Origin: a phage
Length of the DNA stretch: 64,000 nt
Sequence record: PZ445517.1
Reading direction: 5' to 3' (one strand)
Below, piece by piece: positions 37,136 through 45,896 of this stretch. Position 1 is the first letter of the stretch, and each line of letters starts with the position of its first letter. Below the pieces are notes generated by a model. That model saw nothing but the letters and a program-made list of their open reading frames with translations. It did not search any database and was not told the origin of the DNA. The position numbers and the translations under genes are program-made.

Positions 37136-37610
37136 TTATTTGATTTGTTTAGCAGACCAAATGCGGTCTTTAATAATTTTTTGGATGTCTTCAACATACT
37201 CAAGAGAGTGAGCATGTGGGTTATCTTTGAAACTATAAGCACGAGCTAGCTTTTGGCCTTCAGTTTTGATTACTAAAAGCTCTTTAAGGATAGCTTCATA
37301 TTTGGAGATAATTCCTTTAACAATATTTTTTTTCTTGCGTAGCTTTAGGATCTGCTTTAGGAGCAGGTTTACCTGAAGCCTTTGCAAAAGCAGCGCCAGT
37401 AGCAACTAAACTTTTCCAGGCCATACTAACAGCATTCCCCGTAAATCCTTCTGCTTTCATATCACGAGCAAATTGGAATCGTGATTCATCGGAAGCATCT
37501 TTATAGGAATATTTACCCGCGGCAATGGCAGCTTTTGCAACAGCTTGAATTTCAGTGCTAGATGCTTCATTTAACACCGCTTCATTTAAAAATTGAGCAT
37601 ATGATTTCAT
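37136..37610 (-). CDS. CTS-bearing internal-protein-like gene split by a frameshift at an A8 run
   Basis: ATG ORF 37317-37610 starts MKSYAQFLNEA; continuing frame 37136-37405 has no ATG and begins at TTG; the frames switch at the A8 run 37326-37333. Confidence 0.5.
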
Positions 37611-37658
37611 CTTATTTCCTGTTTTAATTCGTGGTTTTAATATACTTATTTATACTAA

Positions 37659-37686
37659 AAAGCCCCAACCTTTCGGCTGGGGCTAA
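37659..37686 (-). terminator. GNRA-loop hairpin, sequence-related to the hairpin at 37103-37130
   Basis: minus-strand GCCCCAGCC-GAAA-GGUUGGGGC; shares the agcccca...ggggct arms with the downstream hairpin. Confidence 0.4.
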
Positions 37687-37734
37687 GCCTTGCGGCAACC
37701 TTGTCGGGGTTCCACCTGCTAAGGCAAGTGTTTG

Positions 37735-37827
37735 TACGAAACGCCGGGATTCGAACCCGGTTATTAAGCAGTTGACGCTACTCAATATTTTTAAAAGGCC
37801 ATATCTCGACCATATCCGAACGTTCCG
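37735..37827 (-). ncRNA. tRNA-like element (possible stable RNA or degenerate tRNA)
   Basis: canonical T-arm CCGGG-TTCGAAT-CCCGG and a 7-bp acceptor pairing (CGGAACG/CGTTTCG with one G-U), but ~93 nt long with no canonical anticodon arm. Confidence 0.35.
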
Positions 37828-38000
37828 TCAAAAACGCTACTCGGCTTATGGCAAAGATATTTCCTCGAATCGATAATTCGGTGCGCCGTTTCTGCTGTGA
37901 TATAAGGGGGCATTAGCAGATCGTAAAGATTTGTTAATGCCAGTCCTTAAACAGGGAACATCAGTCCGACGACTTGCCGGTAGCGACCCGGCTTCTTGTC

Positions 38001-38076
38001 TGGTCGAGGCAGTAGGGATCGAACCTACGACCCAGGACTTAGAAGGTCCTTGCTCTTCCTTCTGAGCTATGCCTCG
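38001..38076 (-). tRNA. tRNA-Arg (anticodon UCU)
   Basis: manual cloverleaf: acceptor CGAGGCA/TGCCTCG, D-stem GCTC/GAGC, anticodon loop CT-TCT-AA, T-loop TTCGATC, encoded CCA. Confidence 0.85.
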
Positions 38077-38080
38077 GATT

Positions 38081-38155
38081 TGGCGGACGTGATAGGATTC
38101 GAACCTATAACCAATCGCTTAACAGGCGATCGCTCTGCCATTGAGCTACACATCC
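38081..38155 (-). tRNA. tRNA-Asn (anticodon GUU)
   Basis: acceptor GGATGTG/CACGTCC, anticodon stem ATCGC/GCGAT with loop CT-GTT-AA, T-loop TTCGAAT, encoded CCA. Confidence 0.8.
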
Positions 38156-38159
38156 AAAT

Positions 38160-38246
38160 TGGTGGGGAGTGATGGAGTCGAACCACCCGAGTCGCAATGA
38201 CAATGGATTTACAGTCCACACCGCTACCTCTACGGGATAACTCCCC
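38160..38246 (-). tRNA. tRNA-Tyr (anticodon GUA), class II long variable arm
   Basis: acceptor GGGGAGT/ACTCCCC, anticodon loop CT-GTA-AA, 15-nt variable arm, T-loop TTCGACT, encoded CCA. Confidence 0.75.
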
Positions 38247-38255
38247 AAATTAATT

Positions 38256-38330
38256 TGGTGGCCCTGGGTGGAATTGAACCACCATCTGGCGATTATGAGT
38301 CGCTTGCTTGAACCTTCCAGCTACAGGGCC
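38256..38330 (-). tRNA. tRNA with anticodon CAU (Ile2 lysidine-type or Met)
   Basis: acceptor GGCCCTG/CAGGGCC, anticodon loop CT-CAT-AA, T-loop TTCAATT, encoded CCA. Confidence 0.75.
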
Positions 38331-38339
38331 AAATTTTTC

Positions 38340-38822
38340 TTATTTTATGTAATATTTATTTAAAAACTTTCTAGCTTGAGTATGGCTAACATTTATAGCG
38401 TTTGCATAATTTTTAATAAAACCTCGTTCATCCATATTAAAATTTTCTAATATTTTTAATCGTCTAATTATCTCATCTTGGCTTAAGGTACTTGCATTAT
38501 TTTTAGAAATTTTTTCTAAAGACTGCACTGAGTGTTTTCGACCATTAAAATTAAAATTTTTAGGTTTTGGAGGAAATCTATCATTTAGTCTCGCATCTTT
38601 TGTATTTTGATTATTAGTTGCGCAATATATGTTATTTAATGAGTATGGTCCTTTATCACCAAAACGACACATACAGTATTCATGACCCTTTCTTCCACGC
38701 TTATCATAATTTCCTGTTGATTTCCACCAATTTAACCACTCATCAAAAGTTAAATTCCATTCAATGTTTCTACGTATAGCAGAATTCCGCTGAGAAATAT
38801 ATTTTGCATAATCTTCTTTCAT
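38340..38822 (-). CDS. hypothetical protein between the two tRNA subclusters, possible DNA-binding or endonuclease-like
   Basis: ATG at 38820-38822; Cys/His-containing N-terminal half (GHEYCMCRFGDKG) and helix-turn-helix-like C-terminus; no clear HNH or GIY-YIG signature. Confidence 0.5.
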   Translation of the reverse strand: MKEDYAKYISQRNSAIRRNIEWNLTFDEWLNWWKSTGNYDKRGRKGHEYCMCRFGDKGPYSLNNIYCATNNQNTKDARLNDRFPPKPKNFNFNGRKHSVQSLEKISKNNASTLSQDEIIRRLKILENFNMDERGFIKNYANAINVSHTQARKFLNKYYIK

Positions 38823-38869
38823 CACAAATTTCTCTACTTATTACATGCACTAAGCTAAATCAGCAAAAC

Positions 38870-38959
38870 TGGCGGAGGCGATAGGATTTGAACCTATGAG
38901 TCGCCGGAGCGACTGCCGGTTTTCAAGACCGGTGCATTAAACCACTCTGCCACGCCTCC
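38870..38959 (-). tRNA. tRNA-Ser (anticodon UGA), class II
   Basis: acceptor GGAGGCG/CGCCTCC, anticodon loop CT-TGA-AA, long variable arm, T-loop TTCAAAT, encoded CCA. Confidence 0.85.
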
Positions 38960-38961
38960 AG

Positions 38962-39035
38962 TCTCCATACAAGGATTTGAACCTTGGACCTCCTGATCCC
39001 AAATCAGGCGCTCTACCAAACTGAGCTACACGGAG
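38962..39035 (-). tRNA. tRNA-Pro (anticodon UGG)
   Basis: D-arm GCTCAGTTTGGTAGAGC, anticodon loop TT-TGG-GA, T-loop TTCAAAT; acceptor pairs with two G-U; CCA not encoded. Confidence 0.8.
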
Positions 39036-39045
39036 TAAATTAAAT

Positions 39046-39119
<74 letters not shown>

Positions 39120-39124
39120 AAATT

Positions 39125-39211
39125 TGGTGCGAGAAGTGGGACTCGAACCCACAAGGAAATCATTCCGCAGCATTTTAAGTGCTGTGCCTTTACCAATTTG
39201 ACCATTCTCGC
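39125..39211 (-). tRNA. tRNA-Leu (anticodon UAA), class II
   Basis: acceptor GCGAGAA/TTCTCGC, anticodon loop CT-TAA-AA, long variable arm, T-loop TTCGAGT, encoded CCA. Confidence 0.85.
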
Positions 39212-39217
39212 TCTATA

Positions 39218-39826
39218 TTATTTATTACGTGAAAAAGATTGTTCTATCAATTCTGGACACTTTCGTTCTATCCATTTTCTAGCTTTTTGTGGGCTTATAC
39301 CTATTATTTTAGCAGCTTTACTAACCCATCCAAATTTAGAATAATCGATTTTAACTAATTCTTCGTAAATTTCATCAGTTAAAATCTTTTCATTAATATT
39401 TACCAGTAAATGATATAATTTATTATCATTAGCAATTTTAATGAATCTTTTATAGTTTCCGCCTTTACTTAAACCTAATGAAGTAATTGCAGATGATATA
39501 GTAGCCGAATTTAATAATGCGTTTAAAATTTCTTCATCACTAACATTATAACGCTTTTTATTATTTTTAATATTTTTACCAGCAAAAGTATCAGTTTGCG
39601 AATGGCAATTTGGACATAATAATCTTAAATTTGATTTAAGATGATTTTTATTATTTCCATCAATATGGTCTAATTGCAGAACAATATGCTTATTTTGCCA
39701 TTTTGAAATTTTACAAATTGCACACTCATATGGAAAAATATTTTCTTTTATTATTTTGTCTTTCAGCTTTCCTGTACTAAAATTTGGATGTTTTCCTTCA
39801 AAAATTTCAGCTAATTTAGTATCCAT
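39218..39826 (-). CDS. HNH homing endonuclease
   Basis: LQLDHIDGNNKNHLKSNLRLLCPNCHSQTD HNH motif plus CAIC zinc pair; track start is TTG, trimmed to ATG (MDTKLAEIF); abuts tRNA-Leu. Confidence 0.8.
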   Translation of the reverse strand: MDTKLAEIFEGKHPNFSTGKLKDKIIKENIFPYECAICKISKWQNKHIVLQLDHIDGNNKNHLKSNLRLLCPNCHSQTDTFAGKNIKNNKKRYNVSDEEILNALLNSATISSAITSLGLSKGGNYKRFIKIANDNKLYHLLVNINEKILTDEIYEELVKIDYSKFGWVSKAAKIIGISPQKARKWIERKCPELIEQSFSRNK

Positions 39827-39936
39827 AATATAATTCCCAATTATTAACAAAGGCTCTCAAACAAGAACCCTTGATGATAGAGGGTATTAATCAGTGCGGT
39901 ATGAGTTAATAATAACAAATAATTCTTAAAGCATAT

Positions 39937-40230
39937 TTACCATTTATGATAATACATATTTACGATGCATTCAAGACCCAAAGGATTCTTGAAAATATCA
40001 TATTCAAGAGGACCTTTTTCTGTTTCAATAAAGAAATCAAAATTTACTGTATTAAATTTACGGTCTTCCTTCACTAATTTAACTTGAGAAGATGAACGGT
40101 CAACATAAACCTTTTCAACTTCAAAACATGTTAAAATGCCATAATCATCAATCAAGGCTTTAGCTGCTTCTTGATCATATTTATATCCATTTTCAATGGA
40201 TGATACTTTAGCATAAAGAATCATTATCAA
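39937..40230 (-). CDS. hypothetical protein (97 aa)
   Basis: track ORF. Confidence 0.5.
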   Translation of the reverse strand: MIMILYAKVSSIENGYKYDQEAAKALIDDYGILTCFEVEKVYVDRSSSQVKLVKEDRKFNTVNFDFFIETEKGPLEYDIFKNPLGLECIVNMYYHKW

Positions 40231-40637
40231 CCTTCATCAACAATAGTATGAGTATGGGCATTTACGATTTGCCACCAGTCGAAACGATTGGAACCATAAT
40301 CTGGTTTATTTTCATTCTCTTTAATGATATCACGCAGTTTATCTTCTGTTTCAGCATACGCAATTAAATCATCATATCCGCCACAAGGATAATAATTATC
40401 ACCTGCGAATAAAAGAAAATTTACCTTAGATGGATTTACGTAATAATGGTCTTTAGGATATTTAGTTCCTCTCCAATCAGTTACTTCAACATAACGGTAA
40501 GAAAATCCATTTTTACTTTCAATCCAACTCCACGCTTCAAAAGGAGTATTAAAAACTTTATCAGGTATTAAATTACCTTCAAAATGAGAAGGATTTGCAT
40601 AATCCCCGGCATAAACATAATATTCGTTAATACTCAT
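40227..40637 (-). CDS. hypothetical protein (136 aa)
   Basis: track ORF; stop overlaps next start. Confidence 0.5.
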   Translation of the reverse strand: MSINEYYVYAGDYANPSHFEGNLIPDKVFNTPFEAWSWIESKNGFSYRYVEVTDWRGTKYPKDHYYVNPSKVNFLLFAGDNYYPCGGYDDLIAYAETEDKLRDIIKENENKPDYGSNRFDWWQIVNAHTHTIVDEG

Positions 40638-40823
40638 TTATTCACCTTTAGAAATTTTATCCATAACAATAGCAATTAAACCAATTAAAAATGCTACTAC
40701 AAGTGAAAACACATTTTCTGCTGTAGTTAATAATCCGCATATAAATCCAACAAACATTGAAAAACTAAAAGCGGAAGCAGAAATTGCAATAGCAACATTT
40801 CGAATTAATTCACAACGTTTCAT
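40638..40823 (-). CDS. small membrane protein (61 aa)
   Basis: ATG verified with GAGGAG SD; two hydrophobic segments. Confidence 0.5.
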   Translation of the reverse strand: MKRCELIRNVAIAISASAFSFSMFVGFICGLLTTAENVFSLVVAFLIGLIAIVMDKISKGE

Positions 40824-40849
40824 TTTATTCTCCTCAGTAGTTGATAGGG

Positions 40850-40884
40850 TAATAATATCACACTACTACCCTACTGTAAACAAT
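40850..40884 (-). promoter_or_regulatory. T4-type early promoter
   Basis: minus strand GTTTACA - 17 nt - TATTAT. Confidence 0.55.
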
Positions 40885-41109
40885 TTATTCAACACCAGCG
40901 GCTTTCAAAAGTTTTTTAAGATTGGCAACACCTTGAGCAGAAAATGTGACCTTGCCACCTTTTTCACTGATAGAACCAACCAATTTAGCAAGTTTATCAT
41001 TAGGAATTTTTTTAAAATCAGCCAATGTTCCATCAAAGGTTTTTGAAACAAAAGGCAGTTCATCTTCATGTCTTTTAGCTTCTGCAATAAATTCTTGATA
41101 TGTTTTCAT
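40885..41109 (-). CDS. ipI: internal head protein IPI-like (CTS-bearing)
   Basis: ATG at 41107-41109 gives MKTYQEFIAEAKRH...; longer track ORF is upstream read-through. Confidence 0.7.
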   Translation of the reverse strand: MKTYQEFIAEAKRHEDELPFVSKTFDGTLADFKKIPNDKLAKLVGSISEKGGKVTFSAQGVANLKKLLKAAGVE

Positions 41110-41143
41110 TTTAGTTTCCATTTGGATGTTTTGTTTTGATAGG

Positions 41144-41180
41144 GTAATAGTATCACTACTAAAACCCCGTGTAAACAACT
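41144..41180 (-). promoter_or_regulatory. T4-type early promoter (internal-protein cassette)
   Basis: minus strand GTTTACA - 17 nt - TACTAT; same leader family as 41510 and 41840. Confidence 0.55.
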
Positions 41181-41194
41181 TTGTGAAAAATTTA

Positions 41195-41482
41195 TTACAA
41201 AAGATTTTTAGCAATAATCTTGAGATGTGCCGCAGAAATGTGTTTAGCTTTAAACAACGCAGTTTCTTCAGCAGGAGAGATAACGATTGTAGCACCATCC
41301 TTTTTAGCAGACCACCCATCGCCTAGGTAAACAGTACCTTTGATTTCTTCGCCATCAACCAGACTAATCATTGGTTTACCTTCTCGTCCTTTATTTGCTT
41401 TAATAACTTCAGAAGTAAGAGTAGCTTCGGTAATAGTAGAAACCGGGGTAGTTGTAGAAGTAAATTCTTTGAAAGTTTTCAT
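41195..41482 (-). CDS. CTS-bearing internal-protein-like gene (95 aa)
   Basis: starts MKTFKEF (CTS variant); ATG verified; ~70 nt upstream identical to the next cassette. Confidence 0.6.
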   Translation of the reverse strand: MKTFKEFTSTTTPVSTITEATLTSEVIKANKGREGKPMISLVDGEEIKGTVYLGDGWSAKKDGATIVISPAEETALFKAKHISAAHLKIIAKNLL

Positions 41483-41509
41483 TTTATTTTCCTAATTAAT
41501 TTTGATGAG

Positions 41510-41545
41510 GTAATAGTATCACTACTAAAACCCTATGTAAACAAC
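41510..41545 (-). promoter_or_regulatory. T4-type early promoter (internal-protein cassette)
   Basis: minus strand GTTTACA - 17 nt - TACTAT. Confidence 0.55.
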
Positions 41546-41554
41546 TTTGTGAAA

Positions 41555-41812
41555 TTATTTTAAATCTTCTAATCGTTTCTTCATCTTAGAACCGTTCTTA
41601 GCGATTTCGCCTGCATCAGAGCATAATGCTAAAAGCGCTTTAACTTTAGTTTGGTCTCCTTTAAAAGATGAAGGATCAACAGCAGCAGCAAGTTCTTTAA
41701 TACGAGAGAAAAGACGCTCAGCTTCAGCTAAAGCCATTCCAAGCTTTACTTCCATACCGCGGGAAGATTCAGTAATAGTAGTTTTTGTAGCAAACTCTTT
41801 GAAAGTTTTCAT
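41555..41812 (-). CDS. CTS-bearing internal-protein-like gene (85 aa)
   Basis: starts MKTFKEF; ATG verified; upstream region duplicates that of 41195-41482. Confidence 0.6.
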   Translation of the reverse strand: MKTFKEFATKTTITESSRGMEVKLGMALAEAERLFSRIKELAAAVDPSSFKGDQTKVKALLALCSDAGEIAKNGSKMKKRLEDLK

Positions 41813-41839
41813 TTTATTTTCCTAATTAATTTTGATGAG

Positions 41840-41875
41840 GTAATAGTATCACTACCTCATCAGTATGTAAACAAC
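41840..41875 (-). promoter_or_regulatory. T4-type early promoter with 10-bp inverted repeat flanking the -10
   Basis: minus strand GTTTACA - 17 nt - TACTAT; TGATGAGGTA...TACCTCATCA inverted repeat spans the -10. Confidence 0.5.
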
Positions 41876-41884
41876 TTTGTGAAA

Positions 41885-42569
<685 letters not shown>

Positions 42570-42570
<1 letters not shown>

Positions 42571-43295
42571 TATAGTACCTTTAGTGTATTTTTAATTTTA
42601 GAAAAAAGTTCTTCAAGAGAACCATCGTTTGTAATTACTAAATCACCATCACGAATTGGCAATCCAGCTTCTGTAATATGTGTATCATTGGATTTTTGAC
42701 CAGGACGAACTACATGAATTACTGTAGCACCCATCGCCCTAGCCGCATCCATTTCATGATCTTGACGAGTATCAGGAACGATATAATAATCATAACCTGA
42801 GTTAAATTTATCAAGATAATCTAAAGCAAATAATTTTACCCAATACATGCGGTCGAAGTTATTAACAATCAAATCCGTACCTAGGGCTTGCATCAGACGA
42901 CGGACTGACCATTGATCTTCAATATTATTTATAACGTCAGCAATCTTGTTAAATGCTACGAAATTAACTGATTCTTTTCCTTCGTCATCAAAAACAAACA
43001 CACCTTTAATTGGGCTTTTACTATTAAGATAGCAAAATGCTTGTTCCATAATAGTAATTACTTCTAATTTAGTCAGATTTAAATTAGTCTCACGATCATA
43101 GTCAATTCCTTCAAACTCTTTACGAGTTAAGCAAGGATAGTCAGTGTTTGCAGCAAATACGCCCCATGCATAAGCCAATGCATCTTTAATAGGACCAGCA
43201 AGTTGATATTTAACTGCAGAATAATTATTCATGATAAAATCTGCAGTAGTATCTTTTCCACTACGCTTTACACCACTTAAAAAGATTAATTTCAT
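42570..43295 (-). CDS. 1: gp1 deoxynucleoside monophosphate kinase
   Basis: 241 aa; Walker A GVKRSGKDT; ATG verified. Confidence 0.95.
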
Positions 43296-43344
43296 ATGTT
43301 TCTCCTCAAATTTAGTTAAGATTATAACACATGAAACTGAAGCA

Positions 43345-43875
43345 TTAAACTTCTGCTATAATTTTACCATCTTTTTCTACTTGAAAATACGTATAAGGAA
43401 TCGTTGCTGTACATACTAAAGCTGGGTCTGAATCTTCAGTGTAGCTAAATTCTACTTCAGACAAGTCAGAAACCCAAGGCTTATAAAAATTTATTGACAT
43501 TACAATTTCAGTTTTACTATTATCTAAAATGTAAAGCGTAATGTATTCAGGACCTGTTTTTTGGGCAGTATTTTCACCTGTAAGATAGTTGCTAGTTCCT
43601 AGCATCCATTCATACATTCCTATCCACGACTTAAGCTCTTCATCAACTATAAATCTCACAATGAGTGGGTCGTACTCAAATGTAACACCTGGACGTTGTG
43701 CTCGGCCCAGTCCAAACGGCCCAGTCACGGTATCAGTAACAGGTATTCTAATTCCTGGAATAGGAACTGATTGAGCATTTAAAGTAAAAGCAGATGTAGT
43801 ATTACTATGTGGTATTGATACTACAAAGTTAGTTGTATTTGCTTGGTTAAAAATTTGTTGCAGAGCTTGTGACAT
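43345..43875 (-). CDS. 3: gp3 tail tube terminator/sheath stabiliser
   Basis: track start is TTG; trimmed to ATG at 43873-43875 (MSQALQQIFNQ) with GAGGA SD, 176 aa. Confidence 0.88.
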   Translation of the reverse strand: MSQALQQIFNQANTTNFVVSIPHSNTTSAFTLNAQSVPIPGIRIPVTDTVTGPFGLGRAQRPGVTFEYDPLIVRFIVDEELKSWIGMYEWMLGTSNYLTGENTAQKTGPEYITLYILDNSKTEIVMSINFYKPWVSDLSEVEFSYTEDSDPALVCTATIPYTYFQVEKDGKIIAEV

Positions 43876-43981
43876 ATATTCCTCATAATGCTTTATAAAT
43901 GTTGGTGGTATAATGGGTCTAAGTCCCTTCCATTCAATTCCAATTAGAACAAACAATAGAAAAGAATGGAAGATAATAGAA

Positions 43982-44806
43982 TTAGATATTTGACCAGACT
44001 TTGTTTGCAGAGAAACGTTTTCCTTTTGAAACGAACTGCTGAAGTGGCATTAACACAACGTTCGCCCAGTCTTTTGGGGCGATTTCAACTAGGCTACCCA
44101 TGATATTACCGGGTATATATGCCTTAATCATTTGGTCTGCACCCCTAAATCCTTTCACTTGACTCCAATCAATTTTCAATTTCGTTTTATTAGTAATAGT
44201 AGGTGTATTTGCATATTGCTTTAAAAGCTCTTCTAGAAATTGCTGACGAGCTTTAGGTGGAATATAGTGCAAGTTCAATCCGTACATTAAATTGTGTTTA
44301 CCTAAACCAAGGTAAATTATCAAAGGAAATTTATCCCAATAAGGAAGAGTTTCCTTGTGTTTAGCATCATAAGCAAAAGCATATATTCGTCCCGGCTGCG
44401 GGCGAACAACTTTATGTCCTTTTACTTGCTTAATAGTTTCAGCAAACCACTTTCTGGTTTTATTATTAATTGCTGCGCCTTCATTACGAATTTTATCACG
44501 CAATGTTTGTCTGAATGAATTTATCATAAGCAGTTGTCTTTCTTGCTTATTGAGTTTATTCATTGGTTTTGATTCAAGCTTTTGAATCTTTTCGGCTGTT
44601 TTAATTCCTGAAGCATATTTTGACATTGCCGAAGTAAACGTAGAGTATTTGATTCCTCTTTCTTCAGCAAATTGCTTTCCTGTCATTCCTTTTGCTTTGG
44701 CCTTTTTGTATTCAAGACCTATCTGAATCCATTTCTTTTCGTTTAATGATTGCTTAACCTTTGGAACTTGGGGAGTGCTTTCATTAATTATTTGAAAAAT
44801 AGCCAT
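43982..44806 (-). CDS. 2: gp2 DNA end-protector protein
   Basis: 274 aa; ATG overlaps gene 4 stop (TAATG). Confidence 0.9.
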
Positions 44807-45258
44807 TATGCCCCCTTAAAGCCAAGAGCTCGTAATCCATCTTCTGTTAGAATTCTAAATTTTATTCCACGCTTTTCAGCTAAAGATTGCGCTGCTTTCC
44901 ATTTGTCGGTATTAACAGAATATGTATAAATTTCATTCATAAATCTTTTCTTCGCTGCGGTTGTTAGATGTGCTGGTTTAACCGGCGGTTGTGTTTCTTT
45001 TTTAGGTTTTATTTCAATAAAAAATTCTTGTCCAGAAGAATCTTTCATCCAAATATCCATGAAGTATCTACGTTTTTTCCCTTCTGCATTACAAAAATAA
45101 GGAATTACTGCTGTTTCACTACCCCATGCAATAATTTCTGGATTTTTATCTAACCATTCAAAAAAGAATTTTTCCCAATTTGATCTATACGTAATTTTTT
45201 TAGGGTCACCTCTATATTTTGATATATTTTTAGGAACCCATTTTCCAGAATATGCCAT
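44806..45258 (-). CDS. 4: gp4 head completion protein
   Basis: 150 aa; ATG verified with AAGGAG SD. Confidence 0.9.
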
Positions 45259-45269
45259 TGGATTCTCCT

Positions 45270-45277
45270 TATAAATA
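45270..45277 (+). promoter_or_regulatory. T4-type late promoter (TATAAATA) for gene 53
   Basis: exact TATAAATA 28 nt upstream of gene 53 ATG; AGGAGG SD follows. Confidence 0.6.
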
Positions 45278-45284
45278 GATAATA

Positions 45285-45292
45285 TATTTATA
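45285..45292 (-). promoter_or_regulatory. T4-type late promoter (TATAAATA) for gene 4
   Basis: minus-strand TATAAATA 27 nt upstream of gene 4 ATG; divergent to the gene 53 promoter. Confidence 0.55.
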
Positions 45293-45305
45293 AACAGGAG
45301 GGCCC

Positions 45306-45896
45306 ATGCTCTTTACATTTTTTGATCCGATTGAATATGCGGCCAAAACGGTGAATAAAAACGCGCCGACTATTCCTATGACAGATATTTTTAGAAACTA
45401 TAAAGACTATTTCAAACGCGCTCTTGCGGGATATCGCTTACGTACTTATTATATTAAAGGTTCACCACGCCCGGAAGAATTAGCAAATGCTATATATGGA
45501 AATCCACAGTTGTATTGGGTTTTATTGATGTGTAATGATAATTATGATCCGTATTATGGATGGATTACTTCGCAAGAAGCTGCTTATCAAGCATCTATAC
45601 AAAAATACAAAAATGTAGGTGGAGACCAAATAGTATATCACGTGAATGAGAATGGTGAAAAATTTTATAATTTAATATCATACGATGATAATCCATATGT
45701 TTGGTATGATAAAGGCGATAAAGCTAGAAAATATCCTCAATACGAAGGAGCACTTGCTGCTGTTGATACGTATGAAGCTGCTGTTCTTGAAAATGAAAAA
45801 CTTCGTCAAATAAAAATAATAGCAAAATCAGACATCAATTCATTTATGAACGACCTTATACGTATAATGGAGAAATCTTATGGAAATGATAAGTAA
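45306..45896 (+). CDS. 53: gp53 baseplate wedge protein
   Basis: 196 aa; first gene of plus-strand late block; ATG verified. Confidence 0.93.
   Translation: MLFTFFDPIEYAAKTVNKNAPTIPMTDIFRNYKDYFKRALAGYRLRTYYIKGSPRPEELANAIYGNPQLYWVLLMCNDNYDPYYGWITSQEAAYQASIQKYKNVGGDQIVYHVNENGEKFYNLISYDDNPYVWYDKGDKARKYPQYEGALAAVDTYEAAVLENEKLRQIKIIAKSDINSFMNDLIRIMEKSYGNDK

Noticed and set aside
40885-41319. Long 144-aa track ORF for ipI
   Set aside because: The N-terminal 70 residues are read-through of the upstream intergenic region. The ATG giving MKTYQEFIAEA at 41107-41109 is the conserved CTS start.
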